Positions 21,401 to 30,660 of a stretch of DNA of 64,000 nt are shown here, piece by piece. The notes under the pieces were generated by a model that worked only from the letters and a program-made list of their open reading frames with translations, did no database searches and was not told the origin of the DNA. Position 1 is the first letter of the stretch. Each line of letters begins with the position of its first letter. A program made the position numbers and the translations under genes. This stretch comes from a virus: IMG/VR virus record IMGVR_UViG_3300032236_000643, positions 6,411 to 70,410 of that record; one strand, given 5' to 3'.

Positions 21401-21559
21401 ACGCACAACGCGTTTAATTATGATCAACGCACCCAGATCACCGGTCCTGTGACAGTTAAGGCTGATGATCCGAACAAGATGTTGAGAGATTTGCGTAAAA
21501 AGGTCGCTCTGTCGCGCCTTGTTCAGCCGGCACGCGCTTCAATACCGACGAGCTGGTGA
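15416..21559 (+). CDS. tape measure protein
   Basis: 2047 aa; N-terminal TP901-like Ala/Gly-rich region, 11-residue DF..R coiled-coil repeats, GEAGPEAVLPL motif. Confidence 0.92.
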   Translation: MTDMTFDVNVGGNFSATLNQMLAEADQFSKQTDGLVGQIGRLNQVTVGLINSTTGLTGANKVATAQAAAYQEAMAGIDASTKVTHQSFEELRSITLELARSLPGGLSEAVHIVESLQKSGVTAEASIRKLSTTFADLGHANGLDGAALGKELLSLNRVFGNSQDQISGFGDSLTSLSKKYGASADGALAFAKALSPVAAQAGLSEGAVLGLGTAAARLGEDGTAGATAINKVLLDLTRSVRDGTPEIREYARMLNVSASSLTQMFKSDPTDVVVRFTEAIKKGGPDAQRSLEALGFDATRTVRSLQALSSEGNLRQIISDSTKAYGDGSTATAAETAIGGVNDQVRKLSESLSQTVAAAGTPFLGFLNAVLKAANAVSGAIAGIAQSKPVQTLGGLGAVAGFVGGAAIQALGAVSTIALGRRAFNFGRRTINGTEGVEGSGIGESFYRGQTEGTLRENATIAERTAFFVGRQAPKTPTGQGFAVNAEGETVRTNFYAPRTQRELNLGRTITGAAKNTLGLGANVVEAAANFYARDFASADQNGRGPIRDIPRTPAGQVFGYAQTRASEQSEAARATRTQAREVLKTDGVSEAGKVYARSLTESAAATRTMIVGTKDATRAFLNTSESGNRAAKALGRVAFEATAYTGRELKSAGKAAFSGVKGLAGTIAETAEGAGPLVVASVAAGIGLKIIDTVKSATNATTDAAAKGKTDIYGQFNDFAAAAGIAGKGLQSFTEQLALTTTQISNQNTTVKQATTLTKQELDNAASPGYQRAFNGLQANGTAEGLTTQARLMLGPNAAPQAIARVLSDIQNQYGNTTLTTNVGSSLATQNSKPIDYGASLKLAGQQNDWKNTLFGTLNDAQNSVVQGVVSQASAAVNQKTDTYGGEATATAKFAEAKKIYDEGVKKFQAGDFQGAEAAKASVAQLLNTNKTVLSFAGNTPFESGSQNFEQEIKRVRDSETGGINGFFDRLSGVNPDTDFAFLDQYKNLPSGTDLSKPNYNALAKPSELENASVKMSNAFKSVSQDVSRSGHDISEAFFGVARETRGGPKASQLALDVNTAITNPGDLTAQETAGRGLAARSLTQFGSPEMANLSLVAQQDQFGVNSPQRGLLARAQQQLQAAATITQAGSSTYDNTARQIFAARQAKSIGPLADQGLEQQRQQVIAGEAQGYATRLQMMKQFVMASRQLNLQLARQDQDAARDRARANEDFNRQTDHANQDYNRQRANAEFDYNEGVKRSKADYHEAVFRQTRDFNKSITRAEADFDTQRMRSQRDFNKQMKRMVEDAAKDLYDPYKRIQAQQVWDAKSLLTNLKEQNAAITKQTSELAQAQSLGLSQKVIDQLKLSNPENAQQLDRLIQDLKNDPSLVNQYNQSADTRQTAAQGLVENNANDTYRRSVEDFKQSQADATADFEKSIKRSKADFAVSLADESKDFAKNLSRGEADFKKAMARNATEFSISMSRAADEFKRTMSRMATDLTTARARALQDLGLFADDVTGGPQGILTAFNKAINTFNIQLTKIPAKIRPTMGANLKQLWIDAGTDLKTYLDATLKPYGLDSSIFTSKPKSSSQQVTGGGSEHSGHGASTGGTSQQTTGNGTEHSGQGRSNDQNTSRANAHAAGAIVRGPEVALIGEAGPEAVLPLNATGSKFIADMLIRYIGQITVPGSSARTTTSEHTSSSDVSRQSMSERVRELSHTRVESSVQDRRLSEAFARTEQIFTQFLSRDESRVEHRNVDTTTTSATHTNSHTSHRERTVERMLADTLSQVNRTYEKFLTSTESLVRQEMRVLESHTTSSSTNVSTSNTLTTVNPSEPSNPSVTHSTGNSGVNGNPTASPHPVATVHHQHRQYESHRQYTESMVNRKFDEIIKRSELALMRKHEDTVYTRTRSRDVSRVDEAKLVTEIMRRAVESLSHRETSSHHESRYERTTTHTRVDPVTERLRMERKQRDEILLFDRSYANTLRRTPDYSSRAQHVQGQHVRTQRAMEYASVITHNAFNYDQRTQITGPVTVKADDPNKMLRDLRKKVALSRLVQPARASIPTSW

Positions 21560-21565
21560 TCAAGC

Positions 21566-22120
21566 ATGGTTGATACATGGGCAAGTGTTACCTCGACGTG
21601 GGGCGGTCTGGCAACGTGGGCTGGCACCGGTAGTGGTGCTGTTGTTACGCCAGGTGGCGGTGTACCCAGTGTTAGTAGTTCGCAAAGCCTTGCTTTGTCG
21701 GTTCGGTTGTATGTAGGCCCGTCTACGTATATTGAGTTGAATGATAATTCGACGTATCGGATTGCTGACGGTTCGTTTGAGAATCAGGCAGTGACGCATC
21801 GTCGTAAAACGGCGATGAGTCCGTACGTGGAGGGCACGTATGTGGTGTCGTCGTTGCGTGAAAACGTGACTGAGCAGATGAACGTGTATGTGATGGGTAA
21901 GACGTCGTACGCAACACGATCGGCGTTGACGACGTTGCAAACGGCGTTAGAGCAACCCATGTTCACGATCGTTCGGACGATAAATAACTGGCAGACAGTG
22001 TGGACGTGTTTTGCCAGCGATTATTCGATGTATTCGTCGAAACCGTTGATGATGGCAAGCATGGTTCGTGTTGATATTCAGTTACAGCGCAGTCCGTCCG
22101 AGATCGTGTCATTGGTGTAA
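21566..22120 (+). CDS. minor tail protein (distal tail-like)
   Basis: Immediately after the tape measure gene; size; SPYVEG motif. Confidence 0.65.
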   Translation: MVDTWASVTSTWGGLATWAGTGSGAVVTPGGGVPSVSSSQSLALSVRLYVGPSTYIELNDNSTYRIADGSFENQAVTHRRKTAMSPYVEGTYVVSSLRENVTEQMNVYVMGKTSYATRSALTTLQTALEQPMFTIVRTINNWQTVWTCFASDYSMYSSKPLMMASMVRVDIQLQRSPSEIVSLV

Positions 22121-22128
22121 GGATCATC

Positions 22129-22653
22129 ATGGGTGTTGTTAATTTCGGTCAAGCATCAGACTCACTGTCTAGTCTCCCGGCGTGGGCGCAATCAGTATCA
22201 ACTGCACTAGACAGTTCGGACGTCACGGTCAATACGCGTATAAATACTGTCGTTCCTGCGACATGGACTGCGTACACGTGCACATACTCGGGCGTAGGTA
22301 CGGTGTTAGGTGCGGGTGGGACACAAAACGGCCGCTACATCAGGCTTAACGGGAAAACCATTCTGGTTCGCGGTGTCGTCACGCTCGGCACATCACCAAC
22401 CATGGGCACGACACAAACTATCTTGTTACCGACTGCTGCGAACGCGACGATAGGCCCGCAAACACTACAACTCACGTTTTACAACGGGACAAGTTTCTTC
22501 AAGGGTTTAGGCGTGATTTCCGCGAACGCGTCACTTATCTCAGTGTTCGGCATTGGAACGAACGGTGTGCAAACAAGTGTGACGTCTTTGGTCCCGTTCA
22601 CGTGGGCTGCGGGTAACACGATCATTTTTGAAGGCATGTATGAGGCGGCATGA
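22129..22653 (+). CDS. minor tail protein
   Basis: WTAYT..GRYIRL..I.FEGMYE fibre-tip-like pattern. Confidence 0.65.
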   Translation: MGVVNFGQASDSLSSLPAWAQSVSTALDSSDVTVNTRINTVVPATWTAYTCTYSGVGTVLGAGGTQNGRYIRLNGKTILVRGVVTLGTSPTMGTTQTILLPTAANATIGPQTLQLTFYNGTSFFKGLGVISANASLISVFGIGTNGVQTSVTSLVPFTWAAGNTIIFEGMYEAA

Positions 22654-25133
22654 GCGCGCGGACATCTGCACGTTTATGGGGTGATACGAATACGACCTGG
22701 GGGAGTAGTACTGTCTCATGGTCTGGGTTTCGTGTACCCACGTACACGCCCATGCAATACGTGACATGGTCTGTTGAATCATACACGATGCTCGACGGAG
22801 TTCCCGTTGCCGCATCTGACACGTCACGCCCACCGACAGTCGCTCGATCATCAGCTGGTGATTCCGGATACTGGATGATGTACGCATACTTACCGCCAGG
22901 AGCAGTGCATGGTGGTACGAAGATTGATGTGACGACGGTGCGTGGAGCGCCGACAACAGTGTCAAACATTTCAACAACTGACCCATTCGGACCAGCGGCC
23001 GCCACCTTAGAGTTCCCAAGTATCACGATGCTGGATGCCATCGGAACTGGTGACTTGTACTGGTTGCAACCTGAATACGATGTGGACATTGTTTGGGTGA
23101 GTTCCACGGGTCATTCATACACGTGGGAAGGTTTTTTCACATCGTTTGAGTACACGTCTGAAGAGTCAGGGTCAACGCTGACTGTGACGTGTGCTGGTGC
23201 GATGAAACAACTGGATTATTATTTGGCGAAGCCTGAGTATCCTCGGTATCCGATCCCGTACGAGCATGCAATTCGTAACCAATTTTTGGATCGCCCTGAT
23301 CTGCGTATGGCAACACCCCCGGTTGCAACGGCTGCGTTCCCTGACTGGTGGACCACAACATTCAACTCGTTAGCGTACGACTCGTCACAGCCGTGGACTG
23401 TTCCCTCGTATGTATTGAATGGGGATAAATGGTCAGGTTTGGTCACGCGAGACACCGGTAACTTTTCTCCGGCTTTATCTGAGTACATCGCTGGTTTGCT
23501 GTCGAACATGCAAACCCCGTTAGGTCAGTTCACATTATTGCTACAGCCTGGTCGTAAGCCAACGATGTCTCATCGGACGATCATGAGAACGGTTGATTCG
23601 TCAACGCTGAGTGTTGATTTGTTGTGGCCGGGTGTCACGTTTGAAGCATCCAAGGATTATTCACAACGAGCGTCCGTTGTGTATACGCATGGTCAGTCAC
23701 GTGCTGGTCTTGCGTATACAGGTATGGAAGTTTCATCGAATATGTCGTTGAACCAGTTCACGACGTATTACGATCCGTCCGCGTACAGTTACGCGGTTCA
23801 CCCTCAACTAGCATCGAACCTTGACTGGGATACGACAGTCATGCGCAAAGAGGTGAAAGCTGATTTTGGTGACGGGCTCACACCAAAGGAAGCACGCGTT
23901 GCTGCTCAGAATTATTTGAGTCGTGTTACCGATCCGGGCATCACCGGGACGTTGACGCTGAACACTGATCCTGTGATGAGTGTTGGTAGCGCACCGTATC
24001 CGCGTCAAATCATTCAAGCTGGTCAAAGCATTCTGATTAAGGGTTTGTTTGGTGACACGACAGGTGTCTTGTTTCATGTAACGGAAACTCAAACGTCAGA
24101 GGACGGTTCTACGACGTTGACGGTTGACTCGTTGTACCGCGATCATTTAACGGTTGATCAGGTGCGTTTCCGCGGCCGTGACGCGCTAATTCCGTTCCGG
24201 TCGATCAGTACCGCTGGTACGTATTCACCCGCTGTGCCAGATCAGTTGTATCCGTGGAGTCAGGGTGCATCTGGAGTAATCCCTGATTGGTCCACGCGTA
24301 CAACCGGTGATTTGGGGATTTTCCGCAACTCAGCTGCTCGTCTTGCGAACGATCAAGCCGCTGGATTGTATTTAGGTGATCCAGATAACGTGCCGTTCCC
24401 ATGGACAGATATCACGACACGGTTCCCACCGAAAAATTATCCGCAGTACTACATCACGGTTCATCCTGCTTCTCGTACGAACCCTGAGCCTTCGTGGGCG
24501 AACGCAGCATGGGTGTCGTCTAATACTGAAGCGCAGAACTTGGCGGCTTTCGTCCCGTACAAGATTCTGATGGCTCAAGCTGGCGAGATCAAACTGTTGC
24601 AGATGGCTGCATATGACGCGAACGGGAACGTGAAAAACGTTCCATTCCACGTGTCTATCTATTCAACGTCTGGGGTGACGCCTCAGTTCATGCCGTTGGT
24701 CCCATCTGATGCTGTAATGCCGGCTGATTCGCGTTATACGACAGCCGTGGCGAACGGTAAGCACTACCCGTTTTTCGCGACAGCGTGGGAAAAGATCAAC
24801 CCGAACGGGACTGTTCCAACGAACACGCAACAAGATTTACCTGCGACGTCTGATCAGTTCATGATTGGTTACGGGTCGTATTACGAGAAAGCTGGGTATT
24901 GGCCGGGTTCGTCAGCGAAACCAAGTGATAAGCCGACAGGGTTGTTGGTGGATGAGGCTGGGTTTTCGTGGGATTGGACAGGGACGACAAAAATTGATCC
25001 TCAGAAAACATTCGCGCAGCAAGCATCAACGGCTAATCCGTACGCGTACATCATGGTGTACTGCGATGCGGATGTTGCGGCGAACACCTACTTTTTGGGT
25101 CGCATGTTCCGAAAAGAACTATCAGGCATGTAA
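22650..25133 (+). CDS. minor tail protein (baseplate hub-like)
   Basis: 827 aa in the tail module; ATGA overlap with upstream gene. Confidence 0.7.
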   Translation: MSARTSARLWGDTNTTWGSSTVSWSGFRVPTYTPMQYVTWSVESYTMLDGVPVAASDTSRPPTVARSSAGDSGYWMMYAYLPPGAVHGGTKIDVTTVRGAPTTVSNISTTDPFGPAAATLEFPSITMLDAIGTGDLYWLQPEYDVDIVWVSSTGHSYTWEGFFTSFEYTSEESGSTLTVTCAGAMKQLDYYLAKPEYPRYPIPYEHAIRNQFLDRPDLRMATPPVATAAFPDWWTTTFNSLAYDSSQPWTVPSYVLNGDKWSGLVTRDTGNFSPALSEYIAGLLSNMQTPLGQFTLLLQPGRKPTMSHRTIMRTVDSSTLSVDLLWPGVTFEASKDYSQRASVVYTHGQSRAGLAYTGMEVSSNMSLNQFTTYYDPSAYSYAVHPQLASNLDWDTTVMRKEVKADFGDGLTPKEARVAAQNYLSRVTDPGITGTLTLNTDPVMSVGSAPYPRQIIQAGQSILIKGLFGDTTGVLFHVTETQTSEDGSTTLTVDSLYRDHLTVDQVRFRGRDALIPFRSISTAGTYSPAVPDQLYPWSQGASGVIPDWSTRTTGDLGIFRNSAARLANDQAAGLYLGDPDNVPFPWTDITTRFPPKNYPQYYITVHPASRTNPEPSWANAAWVSSNTEAQNLAAFVPYKILMAQAGEIKLLQMAAYDANGNVKNVPFHVSIYSTSGVTPQFMPLVPSDAVMPADSRYTTAVANGKHYPFFATAWEKINPNGTVPTNTQQDLPATSDQFMIGYGSYYEKAGYWPGSSAKPSDKPTGLLVDEAGFSWDWTGTTKIDPQKTFAQQASTANPYAYIMVYCDADVAANTYFLGRMFRKELSGM

Positions 25134-25273
25134 CCACCGTTCGTAAATAAACAGGTATGTTGTGCGGCATTACAACATGTAAGAAAGTGACGAAACATGT
25201 TGCTGTCCATACACTTACAAGACGCGGTATTCTTAAACAGTAAACCTGTTTTCTGTTTTCGAAAGGTCACACC

Positions 25274-25525
25274 GTGGGCATCCTTGATCGCATCCCAGCA
25301 CCGGTCCGTCACGCACTCATCGGTCTGGCAGCAGCATTCATTTCGTACGCTGCCGCTAACTACACCACGTGGGGAATCGCACCCGCCGTTTACCCAGTGC
25401 TCGGAGCTCTCATCACGGTCTTGGGCCTGTGGATCACTCCGCTTACCGTTCAATACGGCGTAGGCTCATCCACCGCTGTTGTCGACGAGCCTACTGAAAC
25501 GCCGAGTGTAGAAGCTGGCGCGTGA
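25274..25525 (+). CDS. holin
   Basis: Two hydrophobic helices, acidic tail, adjacent to the endolysin. Confidence 0.7.
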   Translation: MGILDRIPAPVRHALIGLAAAFISYAAANYTTWGIAPAVYPVLGALITVLGLWITPLTVQYGVGSSTAVVDEPTETPSVEAGA

Positions 25526-26352
25526 TGGCAACATCACTTAACGGATGGCCAGTCATCCCACACAGCACCGATTCACGACTTGTCACCATTCTTGTTCCTG
25601 GCACGAAGAAGAAGGTTCAGGTTCGTAAGGAAGCAGCACCGTTGTTTGCGTGCGCGCTAGCTGAAATTAACAAGCGCATCATCCCGTTAAACCCTGGTCC
25701 GCTTGATGGTTACGAATACCGTATGGCGCGACTCAGCAATAACTGGAGCAACCATTCGTCCGCGACCGCGTGCGATTTTCGCTATGACGTTTTACTGGCC
25801 GATCATGGCACACACTTGCCTGCATCTAAGCATGCAGAGATGCACAAAATCCTTGACATGTTCGTTACCACCAAAGGCAAGCGAGTTTTTGGATGGGGAG
25901 GGGATTGGTCTCCGGGGCGAGCGGAAGACGAAATGCATCTCGAGCTCATCCAAAGCTGGTCCCCAGGGGCTCAGGGTCGTGATTGCACACTAGATGATGT
26001 TGCGAACGTGATTAAGCGTCTCGGTATTAAGCCGAATGGTACGCGTAGCGTTGCGTCGAAGGTGATTTCAGTTCTGAAACCATCACCGGTTGTGTCGAGG
26101 GCTCAGTACATTCGTGCATCTAATCTTGTACCGGGTAAGCACAACGGATCTGTATCGATCCTTCAGCATTGGTTGAAGGAAGAGAACTTGTATACCGGTC
26201 CGATTGACGGGATTTTTGGTGGTCTTACTCAGTCTGCGTATGCCGCATGGCAGAGATCACTGAAGTATGCCGGTAAGGATGCGAATGGTATTCCTGGTGT
26301 TAAGTCACTAGCCGTGTTGGCTAAGAAGCACGAGTTTACGGCACTCGGATGA
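25522..26352 (+). CDS. endolysin (M15-type peptidase plus peptidoglycan-binding domain)
   Basis: SLNGW, SNHSSATACD, WGGDW and DEMHLE motifs; C-terminal IDGIFGGLT..WQ..GIPG. Confidence 0.88.
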   Translation: MMATSLNGWPVIPHSTDSRLVTILVPGTKKKVQVRKEAAPLFACALAEINKRIIPLNPGPLDGYEYRMARLSNNWSNHSSATACDFRYDVLLADHGTHLPASKHAEMHKILDMFVTTKGKRVFGWGGDWSPGRAEDEMHLELIQSWSPGAQGRDCTLDDVANVIKRLGIKPNGTRSVASKVISVLKPSPVVSRAQYIRASNLVPGKHNGSVSILQHWLKEENLYTGPIDGIFGGLTQSAYAAWQRSLKYAGKDANGIPGVKSLAVLAKKHEFTALG

Positions 26353-26480
26353 GCATTCTTCTGGGTATCGGTGTCTTGGGCATGTTTTATGTCATCGGGT
26401 TAGGCGCGTTGTGCGTGTATCGCATGTTAACGAGCAACGATGTTTATGACGTGTGTGGTACTGATGAGCCAGACGAATGA
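26349..26480 (+). CDS. small membrane protein (43 aa)
   Basis: Read manually; ATGA overlap with endolysin; one hydrophobic helix and acidic tail. Confidence 0.45.
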   Translation: MSILLGIGVLGMFYVIGLGALCVYRMLTSNDVYDVCGTDEPDE

Positions 26481-26844
26481 TCAATGGGAGATCGTTTTAC
26501 CTTTTACGCGAGCATTAAGCTTGAACGATCGCATGCATCACATGGTGAAAGCGAAAACTGTTGCGTTGTGGCGTAAGGCTGCAAAAGAGGGTCTGCTTGC
26601 TGCTGATGTGCCAGCGTGCACACGCGTGAAAGCAGAACTGATCTACATTCCTGCTCAGAACCGTCGCAGAGACCCCGACAATCTTGTCGCGGCAATGAAA
26701 CCTATTGTTGACGCTCTTGTTGACGCAGGTGTTGTACCAGACGATACGCAAGAGTATGTGGAACGTGTGTGGCCGATTATCACCGAGCCTGAACCAAAGC
26801 GAACGGACTTTCGTTTCATTTTCAGAGTGACCAGGCTCGCATGA
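26464..26844 (+). CDS. rusA: RusA-like Holliday junction resolvase
   Basis: RRRDPDNL..K..VDALVDAGVVPDD motif. Confidence 0.85.
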   Translation: MSQTNDQWEIVLPFTRALSLNDRMHHMVKAKTVALWRKAAKEGLLAADVPACTRVKAELIYIPAQNRRRDPDNLVAAMKPIVDALVDAGVVPDDTQEYVERVWPIITEPEPKRTDFRFIFRVTRLA

Positions 26845-27176
26845 TCAACACGCAACAGGTCACTTTGAAAACAACGTTTGAGTGGGAAGATGACGCTGCC
26901 TGCAAAGGCATGCCACTGGAATTGTTTTTTGGTTCTGACGAGTTCCCTATGACAAACGTTCAAGCACGAGCTGGACGGATGGTGTGTGCTTCGTGCCCTG
27001 TTCGACGAGATTGTCTCGTCGACGCGCTGATCAAAAAAGAGTCCAATGGTATGCGTGGCGGTTATTTAGGTCATGAGCGTCGCACAGCTGTTATTCAGCA
27101 TGGCGGGTCGTTAATGGCTGCGATGGAAGCGTTTGATGAGGGCTGGTTTTATGTGCCGCGTCGGAGGAAACGATGA
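26841..27176 (+). CDS. whiB: WhiB family transcription factor
   Basis: W...AAC..FF..C..CPVR..C four-Cys pattern; GMRGG turn. Confidence 0.85.
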   Translation: MINTQQVTLKTTFEWEDDAACKGMPLELFFGSDEFPMTNVQARAGRMVCASCPVRRDCLVDALIKKESNGMRGGYLGHERRTAVIQHGGSLMAAMEAFDEGWFYVPRRRKR

Positions 27177-27634
27177 CCAGTACAGGACGCGTCGCTAAGG
27201 CGAAGAAGGCTGCTGACGTGCTCGAAGAGCAGGGTAAGCAGGCTCGTGAAGCGTATGAGTTACGCCAGCAGGGTATGTCATGGTGGGATATCGCTGAGCG
27301 TTTGAAAATTTCGGAACGTCAAGCGATGCTCCGTGTTGATGAGGCCATGTCTGTTGCGGCTGCGATGGTTGATGAGGCGTTGAAACGTCAATTGTTGACG
27401 ATGGAAGTGTCTCGTTTGGACGCGTTGCAGAGCGCGTATTGGTCAGCTGCTGTCACGGGTGATGTTCGTTCCGCTGAGTTGGTGTTGAAGATCAGTGGTC
27501 AGCGTTCGAAATTGCTTGGTTTGGATAATATTCAAGTGCAGTCTGGTACGTCTCATACGGTGATTGTTGCGGGTACGTCAGCGGAGTACATTAACGCGTT
27601 GCAGTCCGCAAGTCAGCCACGTGAGTTGACCTGA
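27173..27634 (+). CDS. helix-turn-helix DNA-binding protein (possibly terminase small subunit-like)
   Basis: LRQQGMSWWDIAERLKIS helix-turn-helix; RLDALQ..RSKLLGLD. Confidence 0.7.
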   Translation: MTSTGRVAKAKKAADVLEEQGKQAREAYELRQQGMSWWDIAERLKISERQAMLRVDEAMSVAAAMVDEALKRQLLTMEVSRLDALQSAYWSAAVTGDVRSAELVLKISGQRSKLLGLDNIQVQSGTSHTVIVAGTSAEYINALQSASQPRELT

Positions 27635-30432
27635 TGGTTACGCAGAATACGGGTGGGCGGATCATCCCACCAGCAGCATCCACGGTCCCTGTGCATAAGC
27701 ACAGTGTTTCGGATTTGATTGGCTTGGGCTCAGCGACACCAGTCAACGGTGGCGTCCCTGTTTATAATTCTGGCACGGGGACGTGGACGATCACTGTTCC
27801 ATCGTCTGCTACGTCACCTGTTGTGACGCCAAACGCTCCAACGATCGCGTCGATCACGTCAACCGCATATTTTGTGACGGATCAGATTAACGCTGCGACA
27901 TCTGTCACGGTAACGATTACTGATCCGACGACAAACATGGATGGGACTGCGTATTACGGTACGTCGTTTTATGCGATTCGTTGGAGGTATGAGGATAAAA
28001 ATTTGACGACTGCTGCTGGTACGTCATCGGCGACTAACCCGTCAGCATGGACCGTCGTCCAATCGCTCGTTGGATCTAACGTGATCACGTTCTACAACGT
28101 GAAACCAGCGACAACGATCTCCGTCCAAGCAATGGTGTTAGACAAGTACAACAATCCTTCCGGTTGGACTGTCACGTCAAGCGCATCAACGTATATTGAT
28201 CCAGTTGCTCCAGGGCAACCAACATCCCCGACGCTTGTCTCAAAACTTGGTGGAATCCTTGTTGCATGGGACGGGAACATTGTTTCGGGTGCGTCAACAG
28301 CTCCGCAACCAAATGATTACGTGTACACCGATATTCATATTGGTACGTCATCGGCGTTTACGCCGACGGCCGCGACGAAAGTTGGCCGGCTTGTTCGCGC
28401 TGGATCGTATCTCGTGTTACGTGACGGTTCCGGGAACCTGCTGACGAACGGGTCTACTTATTACTTAACGCTTATTTCATACGATGCCGTGTTACAGCCA
28501 TCGGTTGCGTCTACGCCAGTCGCAGCTACCGTATCGTCGTTACCGTCAACTGATATTGGTTTGAATAGTATCGCTGGCGCACAGATCGCTGATTTAAGTG
28601 TCGGTAAGTTAACTGCTGGCAACTTCACAGCCATTAACCGTATTTCTACGGGTGGTTCGATCCGAGCGTTGACGTCTGGTTCTTATGCGATCGTGAAGAT
28701 CGATGGAACATCATCTCCGTGGACTGTGACGGTTACTGGAACGCACTATTTTACGTCTGGTCAGACAGTCACGATCAGTGGTTCGTCCACTACTGCGAAC
28801 AACATTGAACTACTTGTTGGTTCGATTGGTACTCCGTCCGGTGGTCAATCGTCGTTCACGACGACAACTCCGCTTGTTGCACAACCTTCGTCGCAGGCGA
28901 CTCAGGGCACGGTTACTGGGTTGCAGGATGATTTTGGGCAGCGTGTCATTTTTGATGCTGATGGTATTCGTGCTTATAACGCGACGGGTCAAACGTTCAG
29001 GCTTGATACGGCAGGGAATCTTGTTCTGAACACGTCAGGTAGTTTGACTGGTGCGCGTATTGTTTTAAATACCGTTGGTATGACCGCATATGACGCTAGT
29101 AATCAGCCGACGTTTCAGATTGATTCTGCTGGTAACGCTAGTTTTAACGGGAAGATCAAGGGTGGCACGGTTGAGGGTACGAGCACGGTTGTTGGTGGCA
29201 AGATTGTCACTGGTGCGAGTCCTGGAGCACGTGTTGAGATCACTCCGCTTGGGTTGACTGCGTATAACGCGTCGAACTCATCCATTTTTGATATCAGCAC
29301 AACGAAGTCAACGATTACAGGCGGCGATTTCGCGTCCGGAAACATCAACGGTACAAAAATTACTGGTAGTGCCATCGCCGGTTCATTTTTTACCACCGGC
29401 TCAACGCTTGTATACGATGCGATCAACGGTTGGTCATCGTCCGGTGCTCGTATTGAAATGGACGGTTCGTCTGGCCCGAACGCAAATACGTTGCTGATTA
29501 ATGGCATCACCAACGCATCGTTTGAACAATACAGTGGCTCTCTCATATTTTCATCAGTAACAGCTACGGCCGCGCCAAACCCATCTACACTTAAAACAAT
29601 TTTAAGATCGCCTGCATCTAGTCTTACAACTCAAGCAGCCATAACCCTTACCGGAGAAGGCAGCGGAAATCTATATCTGACCGCCAGTGAAGCTAACCCC
29701 GGCACAACAAACGGTGATCAAGTTTGGGCAGCAAGTCCTTACATCAAACTTCAAACAACACAAGGCTTGCAAGCGTGGTATTTCGGTCCGTGGATGCGAT
29801 CCGGCTTTACATCTCCAAACACAGCAGCAGCTGGTCCTGCGGCAGAAATTAAACGTAGCGATAACTACACAGGCATCATGAACTCGTACGGGTACTACCT
29901 CATGATGCAAGACATCAACTCAGCGACAACGTTCATCGGTGCGGGTTATAACGGAAGCGTTATTTTGCGCCCACACGCAAACACACTTGGTGTTGCAATT
30001 AACGCTGCAACAGACTTCTATCCAGAGGCCAACAACGGCTCAAACCTTGGTAGATCGGCGAACAAATGGACTGCTGTATACGCCGTCAATGGGACGATAC
30101 AAACCTCAGATGCAACTCTTAAAACGCTACACGGCTCAACTCATAGCGTTGGTCTTGGAATTGATTTTGTCCGAAAACTACGCCCTGTCGCGTATACGTG
30201 GACTGACACTCCCAACGACCGTATGCATACGGGGTTCATTGCCCAAGACGTCAAAAAATTACTTGATGAAAATCACCAAGACTGGTTTGGCTGGAATCAA
30301 GGCGCTGACGACGATCAGAGCCATCAGTCACTTTCGTATACAGAATTCATTGCACCTATCGTTGCTGCCATCCAAGACGTGGATACGCGTTTGTCTACCT
30401 TAGAAACCCGCCAAACAAGGAGTAAAAAGTGA
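27634..30432 (+). CDS. tail fibre/spike with C-terminal intramolecular chaperone (peptidase S74-like)
   Basis: FN3-like N-terminus, repeats, TIQTSD..LRPVAYTW..GFIAQDV..LSY.EFIAP motif. Confidence 0.85.
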   Translation: MVTQNTGGRIIPPAASTVPVHKHSVSDLIGLGSATPVNGGVPVYNSGTGTWTITVPSSATSPVVTPNAPTIASITSTAYFVTDQINAATSVTVTITDPTTNMDGTAYYGTSFYAIRWRYEDKNLTTAAGTSSATNPSAWTVVQSLVGSNVITFYNVKPATTISVQAMVLDKYNNPSGWTVTSSASTYIDPVAPGQPTSPTLVSKLGGILVAWDGNIVSGASTAPQPNDYVYTDIHIGTSSAFTPTAATKVGRLVRAGSYLVLRDGSGNLLTNGSTYYLTLISYDAVLQPSVASTPVAATVSSLPSTDIGLNSIAGAQIADLSVGKLTAGNFTAINRISTGGSIRALTSGSYAIVKIDGTSSPWTVTVTGTHYFTSGQTVTISGSSTTANNIELLVGSIGTPSGGQSSFTTTTPLVAQPSSQATQGTVTGLQDDFGQRVIFDADGIRAYNATGQTFRLDTAGNLVLNTSGSLTGARIVLNTVGMTAYDASNQPTFQIDSAGNASFNGKIKGGTVEGTSTVVGGKIVTGASPGARVEITPLGLTAYNASNSSIFDISTTKSTITGGDFASGNINGTKITGSAIAGSFFTTGSTLVYDAINGWSSSGARIEMDGSSGPNANTLLINGITNASFEQYSGSLIFSSVTATAAPNPSTLKTILRSPASSLTTQAAITLTGEGSGNLYLTASEANPGTTNGDQVWAASPYIKLQTTQGLQAWYFGPWMRSGFTSPNTAAAGPAAEIKRSDNYTGIMNSYGYYLMMQDINSATTFIGAGYNGSVILRPHANTLGVAINAATDFYPEANNGSNLGRSANKWTAVYAVNGTIQTSDATLKTLHGSTHSVGLGIDFVRKLRPVAYTWTDTPNDRMHTGFIAQDVKKLLDENHQDWFGWNQGADDDQSHQSLSYTEFIAPIVAAIQDVDTRLSTLETRQTRSKK

Positions 30433-30611
30433 GCGACCAAGCAAAAGTTGATGAGTACATCCTTGCTAGTACACGTCAGCAGCTAGCCCAGGTGATGGCT
30501 GTGAACGCTGAACTTTCAGCGTTACTTCTCGTCGCGCAAGACAAGATCGCTGAGTTAGAAGTACCTGTCAAGGGTGAGTCTCAGAAAGTGGATAAGCCGT
30601 CTACCGTGTGA
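30429..30611 (+). CDS. small coiled-coil protein
   Basis: AAGGAG RBS; GTGA overlap with the fibre gene. Confidence 0.6.
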   Translation: MSDQAKVDEYILASTRQQLAQVMAVNAELSALLLVAQDKIAELEVPVKGESQKVDKPSTV

Positions 30612-30660
30612 GACGTGGACGCGGGATCATTGTGTAAAGACGCTTCTTTACGAGGATACG

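Noticed and set aside
27634-30432. Diversity-generating retroelement target in the tail fibre
   Set aside because: No reverse transcriptase and no template/variable repeat pair seen.
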